From assembly GCA_050084985.1 (NCBI GenBank), contig JBITNC010000001.1, forward strand, positions 90,768,001 to 90,832,000: a DNA stretch of 64,000 bases, written 5' to 3'. The position numbers were made by a program, and so were the translations under genes. Shown in pieces: positions 40,001 to 53,752 of this stretch. The first letter of the stretch is position 1. The number at the start of each line of letters is the position of its first letter. Origin of the DNA: Nageia nagi (lineage: Eukaryota; Plantae; Pinophyta). The notes below the pieces were generated by a model that saw nothing but the letters and a program-made list of their open reading frames with translations, had not been told where the DNA came from and did no database searches.

Positions 40001-42244
40001 TTAAAAAAGGGATAAAATCTTAATCCTTGGAAGTTAGTAAATAAATCTAACACATCCTTGTGTAATCATCTATGAAAGTAATGAAGTAAGAATTATTACC
40101 AATACTTTGTGTATGGGACCACAAATATCAGAATTCACTAATTGGAGGGTATAGGAAGCTATCCAATCTTGGTCTCTTGGAAACTTCATCTGTTAGTGCT
40201 TTCCCAAAGCACATCCTTCACATATTGTCTTCTCTTCTTCAATCTTGTGTAGCCCATGAACCATTTGTTGAGATGTTAAAAATTTTAGACTTGGGTAGCT
40301 TATATGGCCACATATCATGTACCAAAGCCAACTCTTATTCTCCATACCTACATTTGCTACTTGGGCATAATATACTTGGAATTTGAGTGGAAATAATCTA
40401 TTCTTGGTCATTTAGACTATTGTGACTAGCCTATGATCATTATTATTATCATATATCACAGACTTTCCATCTTCAAAAATAAGCTTATAGTTATTCTTCA
40501 TAATGTGTCCCAAACTTACCAAATTATGTTTGATATTAGGAGTATAGTAGATTCTATTTACATTATTGGTGTCTTGTTTGGTGTTGACCTCCATGATTCC
40601 CATGCCTTCCATGGAAAATGTATTTTCATCTCCAAGTTTTATCTTGGATTTGAAATATTTATCCATTGAAGCAAGAAACTCTTGTTTTTCAATCATGTGA
40701 TTAGAAGCACTAGTATTAAGAATCCAAGTTTCATTGATAATCTTATTTATCTTCCCATAAGATAAAACTAGATTGTAGGTCTCATCATCTTCTCCATAAT
40801 TGGTTGTACTTGCTCCTTCTTAGGCATTTTTGGCTCTATAATCTCATTCATAGTGCCCAAATTTATTACAGTAATAACATTATTTATTTTCTTTATCTCC
40901 CTCTCTATTTAAGCCACTTATACCTCTTGAAGATTATTGGCCTCTCCCTTGTGCATAAAAAGCTTTAACCTCCTCTATTGCAAAAGCCTTCTCATCATCC
41001 ATTACAACTGGTGATTGTGTAGATTCTTGGAGCCTCTCTTCATGGGATATCAAGCATATAATGAGATGATCATAAGTGAGAATAGATATATATTTGAACT
41101 CTTAAATTATGATTGCTATATGGTTCCACTTAAGAAGAACTATTCTCAACACTTTCTTCACTATATTGGAATTCATAACCTGTTCTCCAAGGGTATTCAT
41201 CTTGAACACACATGCTTTGATTTTCACATAGTAATCTCCCACCATCTCATGAACTTGCATCTTGAGATTTTTAAAATCTCTTTTGAGGGTTTGCAACCTC
41301 ACTTGCTTCACTTGGATACTACATTAATACCTTTCTTTAAGGGCTCTCCATGCATCTTGGGATAAAGTGCATGAGGCAATCTAAAGGAAGATACTCTTAT
41401 CAAAGGTAGCTTGTAGATGATAAAGTGCAAAAGAGTTATTCTTATAAGCCTCCTTTTTAGAAATTTGATCATTGGTCAGAAGAGTGATCTAATTGATTGG
41501 ATCAGTATATCCTTCTTCAACTACATGCCATAGCCCCTTTCCTACAAGTAACATCTTCATCTTGATGGAATAATACTCATAATCCTCTCCATGGAAGTTT
41601 GGAATTGGTAGAGTATTATTATTTGCAACCATATTGCCTAAATACAATAAAAAATATTGGAACATAGTATATTAAAATAATAAAACAAATTCTCATAATT
41701 GCACCCACTAACTCTAACCCAATAGATCTCCCTAAGGTTCTAATACCACAATGAGAAGTATTATACTTTCATTAATATGAAAAATGAAATCACTCCATAT
41801 ATAGGTTTTGGAAAAATCTAGAAATAGAATATGCTAAATATAAACTTAAGTTGCATGATCACAACTTGATACAATCCAATGAAAAACCAAACTAAAATAT
41901 GTTAAATCTATCCTATCATACTAGGAGAAACTGATGAAACATCAATCCAAAATAGTAATAACAATACTAAAAATAAGGATAAAAATGGCAATCATGTGTA
42001 TGCTATTTTTAGCTTGGAAAGCTCTATTTATAGGAGTGATGTACCAAGTATTTAGGATGCTAGGTGCGGTATGCCTAGGTCTAGGTGTGGTGTGCCTATG
42101 AATAAAGAGTAGTTAATCATAGAGAACTTAGGCCTTGGTACTAGGCATGCACTTGGGTCTAGGCATGGCATACCAATGAACAGATAGTAGTTCATCTCAA
42201 AAAACTTAGACTTGGACCTTATGTAGTGAGCTAAGTTTCTAACA
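37034..42244 (-). mobile_element. Full-length but decayed Ty1/Copia element; LTRs 37034-37576 and 41752-42244
   Basis: TSD ATATA on both sides; PBS remnant at ~41737-41748; PPT at 37577-37589. Contains gag (KQVRLQTLKRDF), protease, GAG-pre-integrase (CEGCALGKH), integrase, RT (HMDVKSAFLNG..KEALYGLKHAPRVW) and RNase H (NIFTKG). Confidence 0.96.
37698..37772. repeat. ~38-bp tandem duplication in Copia RNase H
   Basis: TGATGATGTCTTTCTCTACCATATCT(C/T)AGATGAAGTG occurs twice. Confidence 0.9.
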
Positions 42245-45200
42245 ATATAAGCTTGCACTTTCATATTAGAATACATTTCTAGGTTGTGTATCATATAGGT
42301 CAGTACCTAAAATGCATTTGATTACCATGAAAAATCTCATCAAGTTTCTCAATCTTGCTATCTTCTCATCTTCATTTTTTTAATCTCTTACTTTTTCTTC
42401 TTCTTTTCTCTTTGAATCTTTTAATCCTCATCATTTCATCAATTCTTATTCTTTCATCAAGTTTTCTTATCTTTTGTCTCTCATCGAAGTTCTCAATTTT
42501 TCCATATTAATTAAAATTTTCATGTCTAGATTAGTATTATATCTAGATATTGGATCTCATCTTGGTTGTATCTCATGAAAAATATAAAAACTAACAGTGC
42601 CCACATTCTTGCAAAAAATAAAAAATAAAAATAGGATAGTTGCAGCAATCAAAACCAAAATAAGGTATGAATTTGAATAAGAATATGGTAAATTTAATAT
42701 CAGCTAGGGGAAAGTTTAGAAATAGCTCAACTATTGGTAGGTTCAGTTTCAACTAGGGGAAAGAATGAAATAAGAAATTAGAATTAAAAGAGGAATTTAA
42801 AATTAGAAAGAGGAAATAATTCAATTTTAGAATGTCAAAAATTAAGGTTTAGATCATCAATCAGAGGGGTATTAGTGTCATCATAGTCTAATTTTCATAA
42901 TATCAACACCATGCAAGTTAATTTCATTTAGGATCATGCAAGTAAGTACAAGTATAGTATATCATCCTACACTTACTCATGTTTCAAATATCTATATGTT
43001 CTAAGAAAATTGTAGAAGATTAATCTTGAAAATTGTATGAAATTAAGGGCTTTTGCATCCTATGTAAACTGGAATCATGGCACTCACATCATTTGAACCA
43101 ATATATTTCTCAAAAATGAAGTTTCTAAAAATTCTAAGACCACTTTACTCTAATAATCTAGTACCTTTTCTTATATATAGCATGTGATTTCTTTGTGATT
43201 ATCTTTTGAATGCAATACATGTTCTACTCATGATATTTTCAAAAACCATGGAACTCCCATGAGCATAACTGTCAAACTAATTCTATAAATATGAGTTTAA
43301 CCTTTAATTATTTGGGGCACTCTCAATCCCATTTTATTTGAAATAATATCTTTACAATCATCAAACAAGAAGCTATCATCTCCTAATCATTTGATGGATG
43401 CCATCTTCTTCCACATGTTCGAGAAATAGAGCACCCCTTTTGCTTTAGAGTTCAAGAAAACTACATTTTCTAGGTATGAGCATTCTTTTTTCTTAGGAGT
43501 ATAAGCAACCTACATGCCTTGGGTTTGGGTACCCTTTTTGCTTAGGATTTCAAGTAACCTACATGTTTTTGGTCCAAACACCCCTAATGTGTCAAAGTTA
43601 AAAGCACCCACTTTCTTGGGGATATAAGTAAAATTTTATATTATTTTGATGGTGTTATATTATATATTTAATTTTACAATGTTATATTCCTATAAAATAA
43701 ATGATTTATATAGATATATTTATTTCATGTCTTGTAGGCTATATCTCACAATCTATTTTTTCCTCAGCTTCCACATCTATGGAGCTTTCCTAGGAAAACC
43801 AAGTCAAAAAGGGGGCATGGAGGAGGAAACAAGTTGATGACATTCATAAACCATTGAAGGAAGTACTCTTTAAATTTGGTTAAAAATATTTCTACACTTT
43901 TCTTTCATTCTTTGGTCTATGCAATTTTAATGCTTTTCATTACTTTACAAAGAGGGGCTAATGTAGACACCTAAAATTTATTTATTATTTATTTAAATAA
44001 TATTTTAAGTATCTAATCTATATATTATTTAAATCATGCAAATATATATAATATTAATACTAATATGCTAATTAAATACTCAACATATGCTAATTAAGGA
44101 TAATATCTCTTAATCATGTTTATATCTATAAATATCTTGAGAATATTGAATTAATATTATATGTTCTATAATTCTATTGAGATGATTATAAGTATTCCAA
44201 AGTTAGCTCTCACTCTCTTAATGTCCTTGTAGGTATAAAAGGATGTGCATAACATAATAACCACTATCATATCTCTTTGATATGGTTTTCTATAAGGTGG
44301 AAGCAAGAAGTTAGGTCCACTTAAAGAGGAAGTGTAGAGTAAAAATTTAGGGTCAAAAAAATTAGGATCTTGATATGAAACAAATTGAGATCCCTATATT
44401 TCAAGATTTGGATCCTAAGAGATATCAAGATCTCAATATGGGATCATAAATCGAGCCTATATCAGGATCCTAAAATATCAAGATCTTGATTTTTGAATCT
44501 TAAATATCATGACACAAGCTGCAAAGCTCATTTTTCAAATCTATGGCTTGCACTCCCAACCAGTCATAGAACCAATGACTAACATTTTTAGGAACATGAT
44601 TTCAATGGTCCTCTTACCAAATTTTGCATTCAAATTTATCCCACATTTTCCATGTTAGTTTGAGCTATCATGGCCACTATTTTTTTGGTCAAATATTTTT
44701 TTTTTGTATGTTTTGTTTACAACCTTTGAATTCTTTTTTGGTTAAAAAATCCATTTTTACTATTGAATTTTTTCCTTTATTTTTGTAAGCAAATGAATAT
44801 TGAATGCATAAAGATTGAAAATAGAACCCTTTGAACCCAACAACACATTTCAAGTTTGAAGCAACAAAAAGATTAAAAAATTATTGATATCAACTACTTG
44901 TTTTAAACCTTTAAAATCAAACATATTCTTTCATAAGAAGCTATAATAATGACTAGGTGTATCAACTACTTTGTGTATACTTAGCTTGTATATATTCTTA
45001 AATACGGGTTGTTTCCTAATATTATCTCACCATTAGATTGATGATTTTTCAAAATTAAGGCCTCTCCTTATTTCCAATTAAGGGATATTCTATATCAAAG
45101 AGAGTATGATGGATGTTGCTAAGATGCCTAGATGATATACGGTAAATCATTTTCCTTAATAATAGTGTACAATACTTCATTTACTATATATTATGATTTA

Positions 45201-47569
45201 TTTAATGATAGATAAATTTAAATAACTTCCTCTTGAAGTATCTTCTTATGTGAATTAGAAGAAATGAATGAACAAAAAGAAATCATGGAATACACAAATT
45301 GATTTGCAAACCAATAAGTTATCTTGATTTTGTATTTCTCAAATGTTTGTAGCAATTATTTAGCTAATTTAAAATAACTCTTTAAGAGTGGTTATTTATA
45401 ATGATGAATTTTATTAATATGATTGAAAATAAGTAACAAGTATCATGTGAGATTGATGATCTTATTTAGCTTTAACTTTTGATCAATTTTGAATGTGAGG
45501 ACAAAAGCTTTGTATTCAAAATTATTTTGTCTACATGAAAAATATAGCTTAAACGAATAGGGTGTAGGGACTTCTTTAGGTGTAATAAAGATAATGAAAA
45601 CACCCATTCTTATTCATAATAGAACTATCAAAATCGATTGTAAAATCCTATTCATCTTTTGGATCAACATGAACTTGAGCATCATCATGATGGAAACCAT
45701 TCTTGTTTAGAAATTCTATGATAAGGGATTAATCCTCATGTAATGGTGGTTTTGAAAGACAATCTCTAATAATTTGGCCAATCTAGGCAACTAAGGGAAA
45801 TTTTGGGTGGACTTTCAAGCAATAGCTTTCATGCTTAGTTTAATACTACCTACTTACAACTAAAGAAACCATTTTTTCCATGGATCCTTTTCTCTCAATG
45901 TTTACCCTTAGGGAACCACCTCAAACACATGGATATTTCCAATCCCTTATATCCCTTTTATCATGCTCCTAAGGATGTTAAACATCTATTTTGAAGTTAT
46001 ATAGGAGCTTATGATTGCTAGCATTACTTTATTTTCACCTTTCTTTCTTAATTAGTTCCCATGGTCCCAAAGCCTACTTTTAGATACATAAGGCTTACCA
46101 TCCTCATTTATGAAGGAATGACATATGTTATATATTGGAATCATTTTAATATTTCAAAATCAAGGAATGAGATACTTTTTTTCTTTTTGTACTCCTATTT
46201 ACTATAATAGTTGTAACAAGGTCTCTATTATATATAATGTCCTTCTCCAAATGTTAGTTTAAAGTAATAAGATGTCTATAGAGCTTAAACAACTATAAAT
46301 GTTCATTTAAAACCATTTGGGTAACACTCCTTGTATTATAAGTAATGTCCCAATAGATTATTCCTTTGGGGATAAATCCTATTCCTTCCAATTTTTCATC
46401 CTACTCTATGTAGCCATTCTAAATCTCCAATCTATCTTGATCGACATGACTATTCTAGATCTCAAATATCTCCATGCTCTCAATCATCATGACCTAATTT
46501 AGTATGGAATTACTCTAAGCTCAATGTGGCTCTTCATTCATGTGGTTAGGATAGTTCTCCTAAAAATATTTTTCACATTAGGAAAAGTTGAAAAGAGGTA
46601 GACCAAGGTATATGATGACTAATAATTATTAATTAGGTAAATAATCATATATCTATTAGTTTAAAATAAAAAAAACATATTCAAGATAAAATACCAAATA
46701 ATCATTCACTCCATTGTGATTATTATTTTTATAAATGATAAGTATAAGTTTCATGTTGTATATCTCTAGCATAGTCAATTGCATATGGTAAGATAAATAA
46801 GGAACACAAAAAAACCTCTACTCTTCTAGATGACTATGAAAATCTACATTGGAATGTGAAGCTGATAATGACCCTTTATCCACATTTGTAACATCTATAT
46901 GACATCTTATATATCATCATCTTAGGCATTTTTTAGGTTCTTGTAACTATTTTTTTACATTAGACTATAGTTGTACCAATTTATATAATTGTCTAATGAG
47001 ATCATGATAATGTGTAAGGGATTCCTTAACATGTAACTATAGGAGAATAAAAGATTTAATGTGTTTAATATGTAATATTATATATTTCATGTAGTTTATT
47101 CAAATTTGAAATTAATTAGAATAACAAATGTCATTTTTGATCCAAGTTACTCATGTTATTTTTTATCGTACATTTTGGTTTTTTCTAATAAAGAAAGATG
47201 ATAATTTTTAGAGCTTCCATATTTTGAAATTTATAACTCTTTTTATTATGTATGCAATCTTATTAGGAAGCTTTCTTCATATAGATTCCAACAATATAAG
47301 ATTTATCCATATCTAAGTAGATTTGATATAACTAATTCATTTTATTATGCACTACTTTAATCACATCTATCTTTTATAATAGTTATGTATTATGATTTAG
47401 TATTATATTATTCAAATTATAATATTTATATGATATTAGATCTTTATTTAGTTGGAAGGTTAGAGTCACATGCATGGACTTATTCATAATTTATCAATTT
47501 ATTTTTTGAATTCTTCTATAGGTTTATAGTTATTTGTATGTAATATCCAACAACATTAACTCTTTTCAA

Positions 47570-47660
47570 ATAATTAAGGTTGATTAAGTTGACTATGAAT
47601 ATTGGAACATTAAAATGAAGACCATTCTAATGGATAAAGATCTATGGGATGTTGTTATAT
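47570..47660 (+). mobile_element. Small Copia gag N-terminal fragment
   Basis: Reads DYEYWNIKMKTILMDKDLWDVV. Confidence 0.75.
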
Positions 47661-48783
47661 GATAGTCTTCTAGTTAAACATGTGTGATATCCAATTTATA
47701 AGTAATGCAATTTGTTCTATTATTATCCAATTTAAATTGAGTTTATTTCTATTTCTATGTTATTCCTAATATTTGCAGGTGCCTTTTTATGATCATGGAT
47801 GAGTCATCTCATGACTTTTATCATGGTATATATGAGATATTCGATGAAGTCAACCAAAACATCCCCCAAAATTCACCCCCTCCACCTCCACCCCCACCCA
47901 TAGGTGTAGATGAGTAGTAGTTATGAGATGCTATTACTCATGATATTAATCAATTACAAGAAAAAATACATCACATACAAAGTATTCATAGTTCCCTGAT
48001 CCATGTTATATGGTTTGCATATTTGATGTAAATCATAGTTGATACTATTAGGAGTGCTGATGGGAATATATATGGTTTCGATGCATGGAGAGACTACATG
48101 ATAGAACATTATTCATATGGTATCTCCACTCAAGAGATAAACAAGTTTGGTATTAATAAAGCCACCCTTGCTATGCACTCCATTGATCCATCTACTGAGT
48201 AACCCATCCCACCTAATAAAAAAATAATTTTGTATGATTGGTGCACCCATACTATGATAGATGAAAAGTTTTAGAATTGATGGTGGATGATGTTTGATAA
48301 ACCACCACATTCCAATTTTGACATCCCTTTGTATTTTTAGAAAAAAATGTATGTTGCATATGTATTAGGAAAATATGTTAATTATTTTGACATGAGGTGT
48401 AATCAAGGAATTTTTCATGGCTTGGGGTAAAATAGACTTGAGGCATATCCCTCCTCCTACTCCTATTCTTACCCTACCTTTTCATTAGGCAGTTGTTTCA
48501 ACATTAGGAGCATTGATTCATGTGACCTAGACTCTCATTTAACAAGCTACCGATGTGGCAGCTAATGTTAGTGAACCTAGAGATGATGTTGGAGTTAGTG
48601 GAGTTGCACCTCATTTTTTCCATAGTTATGTTTGTAGATGTGTTGATCCCCCTTCAATTGATTGTGAGATATCTTATATAGAGATGATGTCAATGGATTA
48701 CAACAAATTTTATGGGAGAGAGGTACATTTACCATACTTTTAGTGTGTTTATTGTATGTAATGTGTATTTATAAATTAATTTG

Positions 48784-48786
<3 letters not shown>

Positions 48787-48830
<44 letters not shown>
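48787..48830. repeat. (TA)n microsatellite
   Basis: Direct reading. Confidence 0.95.
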
Positions 48831-48831
<1 letters not shown>

Positions 48832-48969
48832 TTAATTTAAATTTTAAATACCTTTATATTTTTTATCATAGACAATGGGAGCCTCCACTTTAGGTGCATT
48901 TCATATAGCTTTTATGACATCGACTCCTAGATCTATGGACACCTTATGAGGTAAACAAAAATATTGAAT

Positions 48970-49452
48970 TTCCATGTTAATTTTGTTAGATATTAATTCA
49001 CATATGAATATGTATATGTGTATGCTCAAAAATATTTTCCTATTCTAGGTAGATGTCCATCCTAAGATGATTGCATTCAATGAGAGGGCATATCGATGGT
49101 TGAGCCTTTCGTGTCCACCACTTCATATATTGTCACTCAAACATCTACTTCACTTTAGTTAAATTTTTAAAATGCATTATTATATATTTGTATGCAATTT
49201 GTAGGTCTTAAATAATTCCATGTTAATTTTGTTAGATATTATGTGAATGTAAATGTGTATGTTGAAAAAAAATTCTATTCCAAGTAGACATCCATCCTAA
49301 AATGATAGCATTCGATCAACTAGAGAGCATGTTGATCATTGAGCCTTCAATGTCCACCACTCCATAGTTTGTCACTCAAATGTCTACTTCATTTTAGCTA
49401 ATTTTATAAAATACATATTAATGTGTATGTATGCAATTTGTAGGTCTTAAAA
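48970..49452. repeat. ~240-bp tandem duplication (exon-like block plus flanking intron)
   Basis: TTCCATGTTAATTTTGTTAGATATT...TCCATCCTAA.ATGAT.GCATTC...TGTAGGTCTTAAA occurs twice. Confidence 0.88.
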
Positions 49453-50109
49453 ATATATATCCATTGAAAATTGTTTATTTTATTTAATAGTTCTTGGTTT
49501 GATCTTGTAGGATGTTATTTATCATGCATTTCATATCGATGATATTGGCACATCATCTGCATAGTAGGATACAATTATTGAGGGAAGATCTCAATAGCAT
49601 GATATGGGAATATTTATATGCATTTTTTAAACTTGTAGATAGATTAAATTTATTTTATTAAATACTTAAAATAATTACAAATGTGAATGATAATATACAC
49701 TAACTTAAGTTTATTTGTGTTACTACATCAGTTGAAAAGAGGAGGAGGATTGATGATGGAGACACATCTAGTCCTAGATAGAGAGATCCAGGATTGATTA
49801 TGTAGTTGTTATTTTTGTATGTTAGTTATAGATCATGATATATGTATACTGAAATTGGACATTATTGTGGACTTTATTTAGACATTATTTTTATGATGTT
49901 GTTATGTTATTATTATGTGCTTTGGAAACTGTTATATTGTAGACTTTGGACATTGCTATTATGGACTAGATGCTATTATTACATGGACTTTGGACACATG
50001 TTATTATGTAATTTTTCACATAATGAATATGATATTGTTATGTTGTTATGTATTTTTCACACAATAATTATAATGTTGTTATGTGTTTTCATCTCCCCTA
50101 ATAACTAAC

Positions 50110-50370
50110 TAACAAGTTTACTAAACAACAACAAGTTTACTAAACAATAAGTTTACAAGTTTACAAATTTTACAAAGTTTAATACAAAGTTTATAAGTTT
50201 ACAAATTTTATAGATTGTAATTACATAACAAGTTTACAATTATTGTAAGATTACAAGTTTACAAATTTACATTTACAAATTTACAAGTTGTAATATATAT
50301 TACTAAACAACAAGTTTACAATTACAAGTTTACAATTACAAGTTTACAATTACAAGTTTACAAATTTATA
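50110..50370. repeat. Degenerate AAGTTTACA minisatellite between the 3' ends of the two convergent genes
   Basis: Many CAAGTTTACA(A/ATTA) units. Confidence 0.9.
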
Positions 50371-53300
50371 ATATCTTAAAACAAAATTGGATAAACTCTA
50401 GTGAGTGTAATCTATTATCACTCATATAAAAATGGTACTCCCTCAAAACTTTTATATTATCTTTTGTATTGTCATTTGCATGTCAATATATGATATGCAC
50501 AAAAATGGAAACTTGTTGAGAATTATAATATTGAGACTGTATTTCTTCTTGTGATGCAAGAATATAGTTTTCTATAAATTCTATGACTGATAATATAATT
50601 ACATATGGAAATGTGTTTATACATTAAAAAAATTCACTATTAAGCCATCAAGCATGTTGGAAATGTTTCACATATTTTGGAATAAAGTTACTCTTTAAAT
50701 AGTCCATAAATATATGTACATTAACATTTTTAGTTATTAGATCAACATGCTTCCTAGTTTTTTCATCCCTTAATGCATACTCAATGTTCTTGAATTTTTT
50801 CATATCCACTAATGTTTATCCAAAATTGTGTAAACTAATTTCATGCACGCATTCTCCTAAAATACACGCATTTGACTAAAATGATTGACCATATAGAATT
50901 TGATAAAATAAACTTGCTATAAACACATTGATAGATTCAGGTGGCATATTAAAATCACATCCCTCCATGAAATTGTTAGTATGCAAAGTACCACTTATAT
51001 GTCAAAAAAATTGATAATAATATCTAAATTGCATATGAGTTTTACAACATGTTACTCTTTACTTGTTAATTCTAAAATATCAAGGTTTGTATTTCTCAAA
51101 ATATCTTTGACTAAGACTAATATTAAATGTGCTTAACACTTTATCATTTACAAAATTATTTGACAATTGAGTTTGATTCATATCTAAAAAGTGTTTTTCA
51201 TGCTTAGGTTTATGATCTTTTGACCCTAGAGATTTCTTTTCTTTTAAAACATCTTTAATATTAGGATATACCCTTGTATGACCATGCCAATATTTTTCAA
51301 TTATGTATTTTATCTCCTTAGTCAATTTCCTATTAGACCTAGGAAGTCTACCACTAAAACTCCAACATTGGTTGAGTGAATCAATTTCAATCCTTTTTAT
51401 TCTCTTCAAAACTCTTTGTAAAGTTTTAATATGTATATTTAGATATCCAATAAGGTTACTAATGATTTTTTTCTTTATAGTTGATCTATTTACTAAAGCA
51501 ATTGTTATGGCTTGTTGTGTTGCATTTCTATCTTTAAATTGACTCTTCTTCTTAATAGAGTCCATAGCACTAGCAATAATGGATATAACTTATTTTAAGG
51601 GTTCCTCTTTTTTCACACAAACACCTAATTTTTTCATTACTCTTATCATTTTTGAAATTCTCATTAATTGTAACATGAGTTGATATTGAAATCTTAGCTC
51701 CTTATTAAGGAAAAATTGATCATATATTCTATATGCATGTGTTCTCATTTATCTCACAGATAATGTACTAGGAACATTATCTAGGATATTATGTTCAATA
51801 CATAAAAAAATATTAATATCATTAGAATTTTCAATATTCTCATTCTCAATATCATTAACATGTGGATTTAAGACATACCTAAATTCATGTCCATAATTGG
51901 TACTCCAAGGCTAAGGGTTGGCTCACCAAAGTTTACTATAAAGGGAAAAAAGGCAACATACAACAATTAATTAGTGACTTGTTGAGGACTTAATCAAGCA
52001 TGAAACTAATAGTTAGTTGAAATTAAAAAAATTAAGTAACCAATATATAGTGGCATTATGTAAACTTAAAAAAAAATTGTAAACCTTAAATGTAAACCCT
52101 AAACCCTTAAGCCTTAAAAAACCTAAGCACTAAAATGTAAACCCTAAAACTCTAAATCCTAAACACCTAAAACCTAAACCCTAAACCCTTACTTATCTTA
52201 AACTGCTAAACTCTTAAACCCTTAAGCCATTATTAGTAATTCTCATAATTAAGGTTCTAAATAAAAGATAATTAATAGGATATACAAAACTTAAACTCTA
52301 AACCCTTCAAACATAAACCTTAAACACTTAAAATCTAAACCCCAAACCTTAAACCCTTAAGCCTTAAACAAACCTAAGAACTAAAATGTAAACCCTAAAC
52401 CCTTAAGCCTTAAACAAAACTAAATCCTTAAACAAATGTAAACCTTAAACCCTAAACCCTTAAGCTCTTAAACCCAAGTAACCCTTAAACTCTTTAACCC
52501 CTTTAACATGATGTTTGACCCCATTAGTAAAATGTTTAATTACTATAACCCTATAAATCTAAACACTAAAATGTAAACCCTATAACCCTAAATCCTAAAA
52601 CCCTATCTCTAAACCCTTCAACTCTTAAACCCTAAACCCTTATACTCTTAAACCCTTTATCCTAAACCCTTAAAATTTTAAACATTTAACCATTAAACTC
52701 TTAAAACCAAGTAACCCTTAAAATATTTAAACTTTTAATCATTAAAATCTAAACCCTAAACCCTAAAACTAAGTAACTACATTGGTCAAATGTCTAATCC
52801 TTTTTGCAAAATGTTTAACTGCTTTGATCAAGTGGTAATATTAACCTCCTATTTGTTTATGAAAAATAATCATACAGCTATATATTTGTAAATACTTTTG
52901 GATAAAATTTGGTCATAGGTCCTATAATCCAATTGAGTTTAAAAAGGATATTAAAAGACTTATCTATCTATCTATTCACTTCTAGACAAACTTTTAAGGG
53001 TCCTACAAACTTGATTGTTGGTAAAGTTTTCAAACCCATTGGTCAATTGGTCACATTAATCTCCTATGTGTTTGTGAGAAGCAATCATTCAACTATATAT
53101 TTGTAAATATTTTTGGATATACTTTGATAGGTCCTAGATATGAGACATTATTAGTAATTCTCATAATTAAGGTTATTAAGATAATTAATAATAGTGTGAA
53201 ATAACTTGATTACCTATAGGATTTCGTAGTTTTACAAGCAAAATTCTAAGAATAACTCTAATAATATGAGTACATACATGAGTTAAAGGTATCATTTCAA

Positions 53301-53752
53301 GTGGCCTATGGAAGGAACTTTTGAAAGTGGCAATAAGCCTAATCAATAATCCATGATCATGTGAAGAGGGGTTTATTAATTAAATAATATCTCAATCATT
53401 TGAAGAAGTTCCATGAGAATGTTGAAATGCACCTAAAATTATAAAAGGATATGAAGATTCAAAGATATACTTGCATTCGCTTCCATAGTCATTGAATTTG
53501 AAGCTTCATTCAATGGTAAATTCTCCTTTTCAATGCATGCATCATCTATAATCATATCTACATTAACATTCTCTTCAATGTCCTCCTCTTCAATTGGGAT
53601 GGAAATTTCAGATGCTTCATTCCAATTTGGTTCTTTATTTTATGCTCTTTTTTCTCTTCTCCTTTTTGCATCCTTCTCTCTTTTTGAAAGAATTTCTCCA
53701 AATGACATGACCTTCCTTCCTCTTTTTATTTGGTATTTTTTTATCACCCATG
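50370..53752 (-). pseudogene. Decayed, C-terminally truncated transposase, Sola2-like; main exon ~51935-50370, probable first exon ~53752-53400
   Basis: ORF 51080-51565 (R.PRSN..IEKYW..TRVYPNIKDVL..LSQRYFEKYKP) continues TCCKTH, C..GEC, IEFIENYILASQEEIQSQYYNSQQVSIFVH and YHFYMSDNRLHS. Acceptor with branch point CACTAAT and pyrimidine tract ends at 51936. Upstream exon carries REKDAKRRREKRA and an acidic run. No SDG or HGK..DG motifs remain. Confidence 0.75.
52075..52770. repeat. Degenerate telomere-like (AAACCCT)n array inside the inferred transposase intron
   Basis: Dozens of AAACCCT/AAACCTT/AAACCCTT/AAACTCT variants. Confidence 0.88.

Larger units (their letters stand above)
47780..49800 (+). 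pseudogene. Decayed multi-exon second gene of the TIR element, unknown function
   Basis: Starts after acceptor TTTGCAG (~47779); poly-Pro; ~150-codon frame DAITHDINQLQEKIHH...WWMMFDKPPHSNFDIPLYF*KKMYVAYVLGKYVNYFDMR. Several short exon-like blocks with GT/AG flanks continue to ~49800, ending in a KRRR motif. Confidence 0.55.

Noticed and set aside
52075-52770. True telomere or chromosome-fusion scar
   Set aside because: Highly degenerate, single orientation, and enclosed within a TSD-bounded transposon
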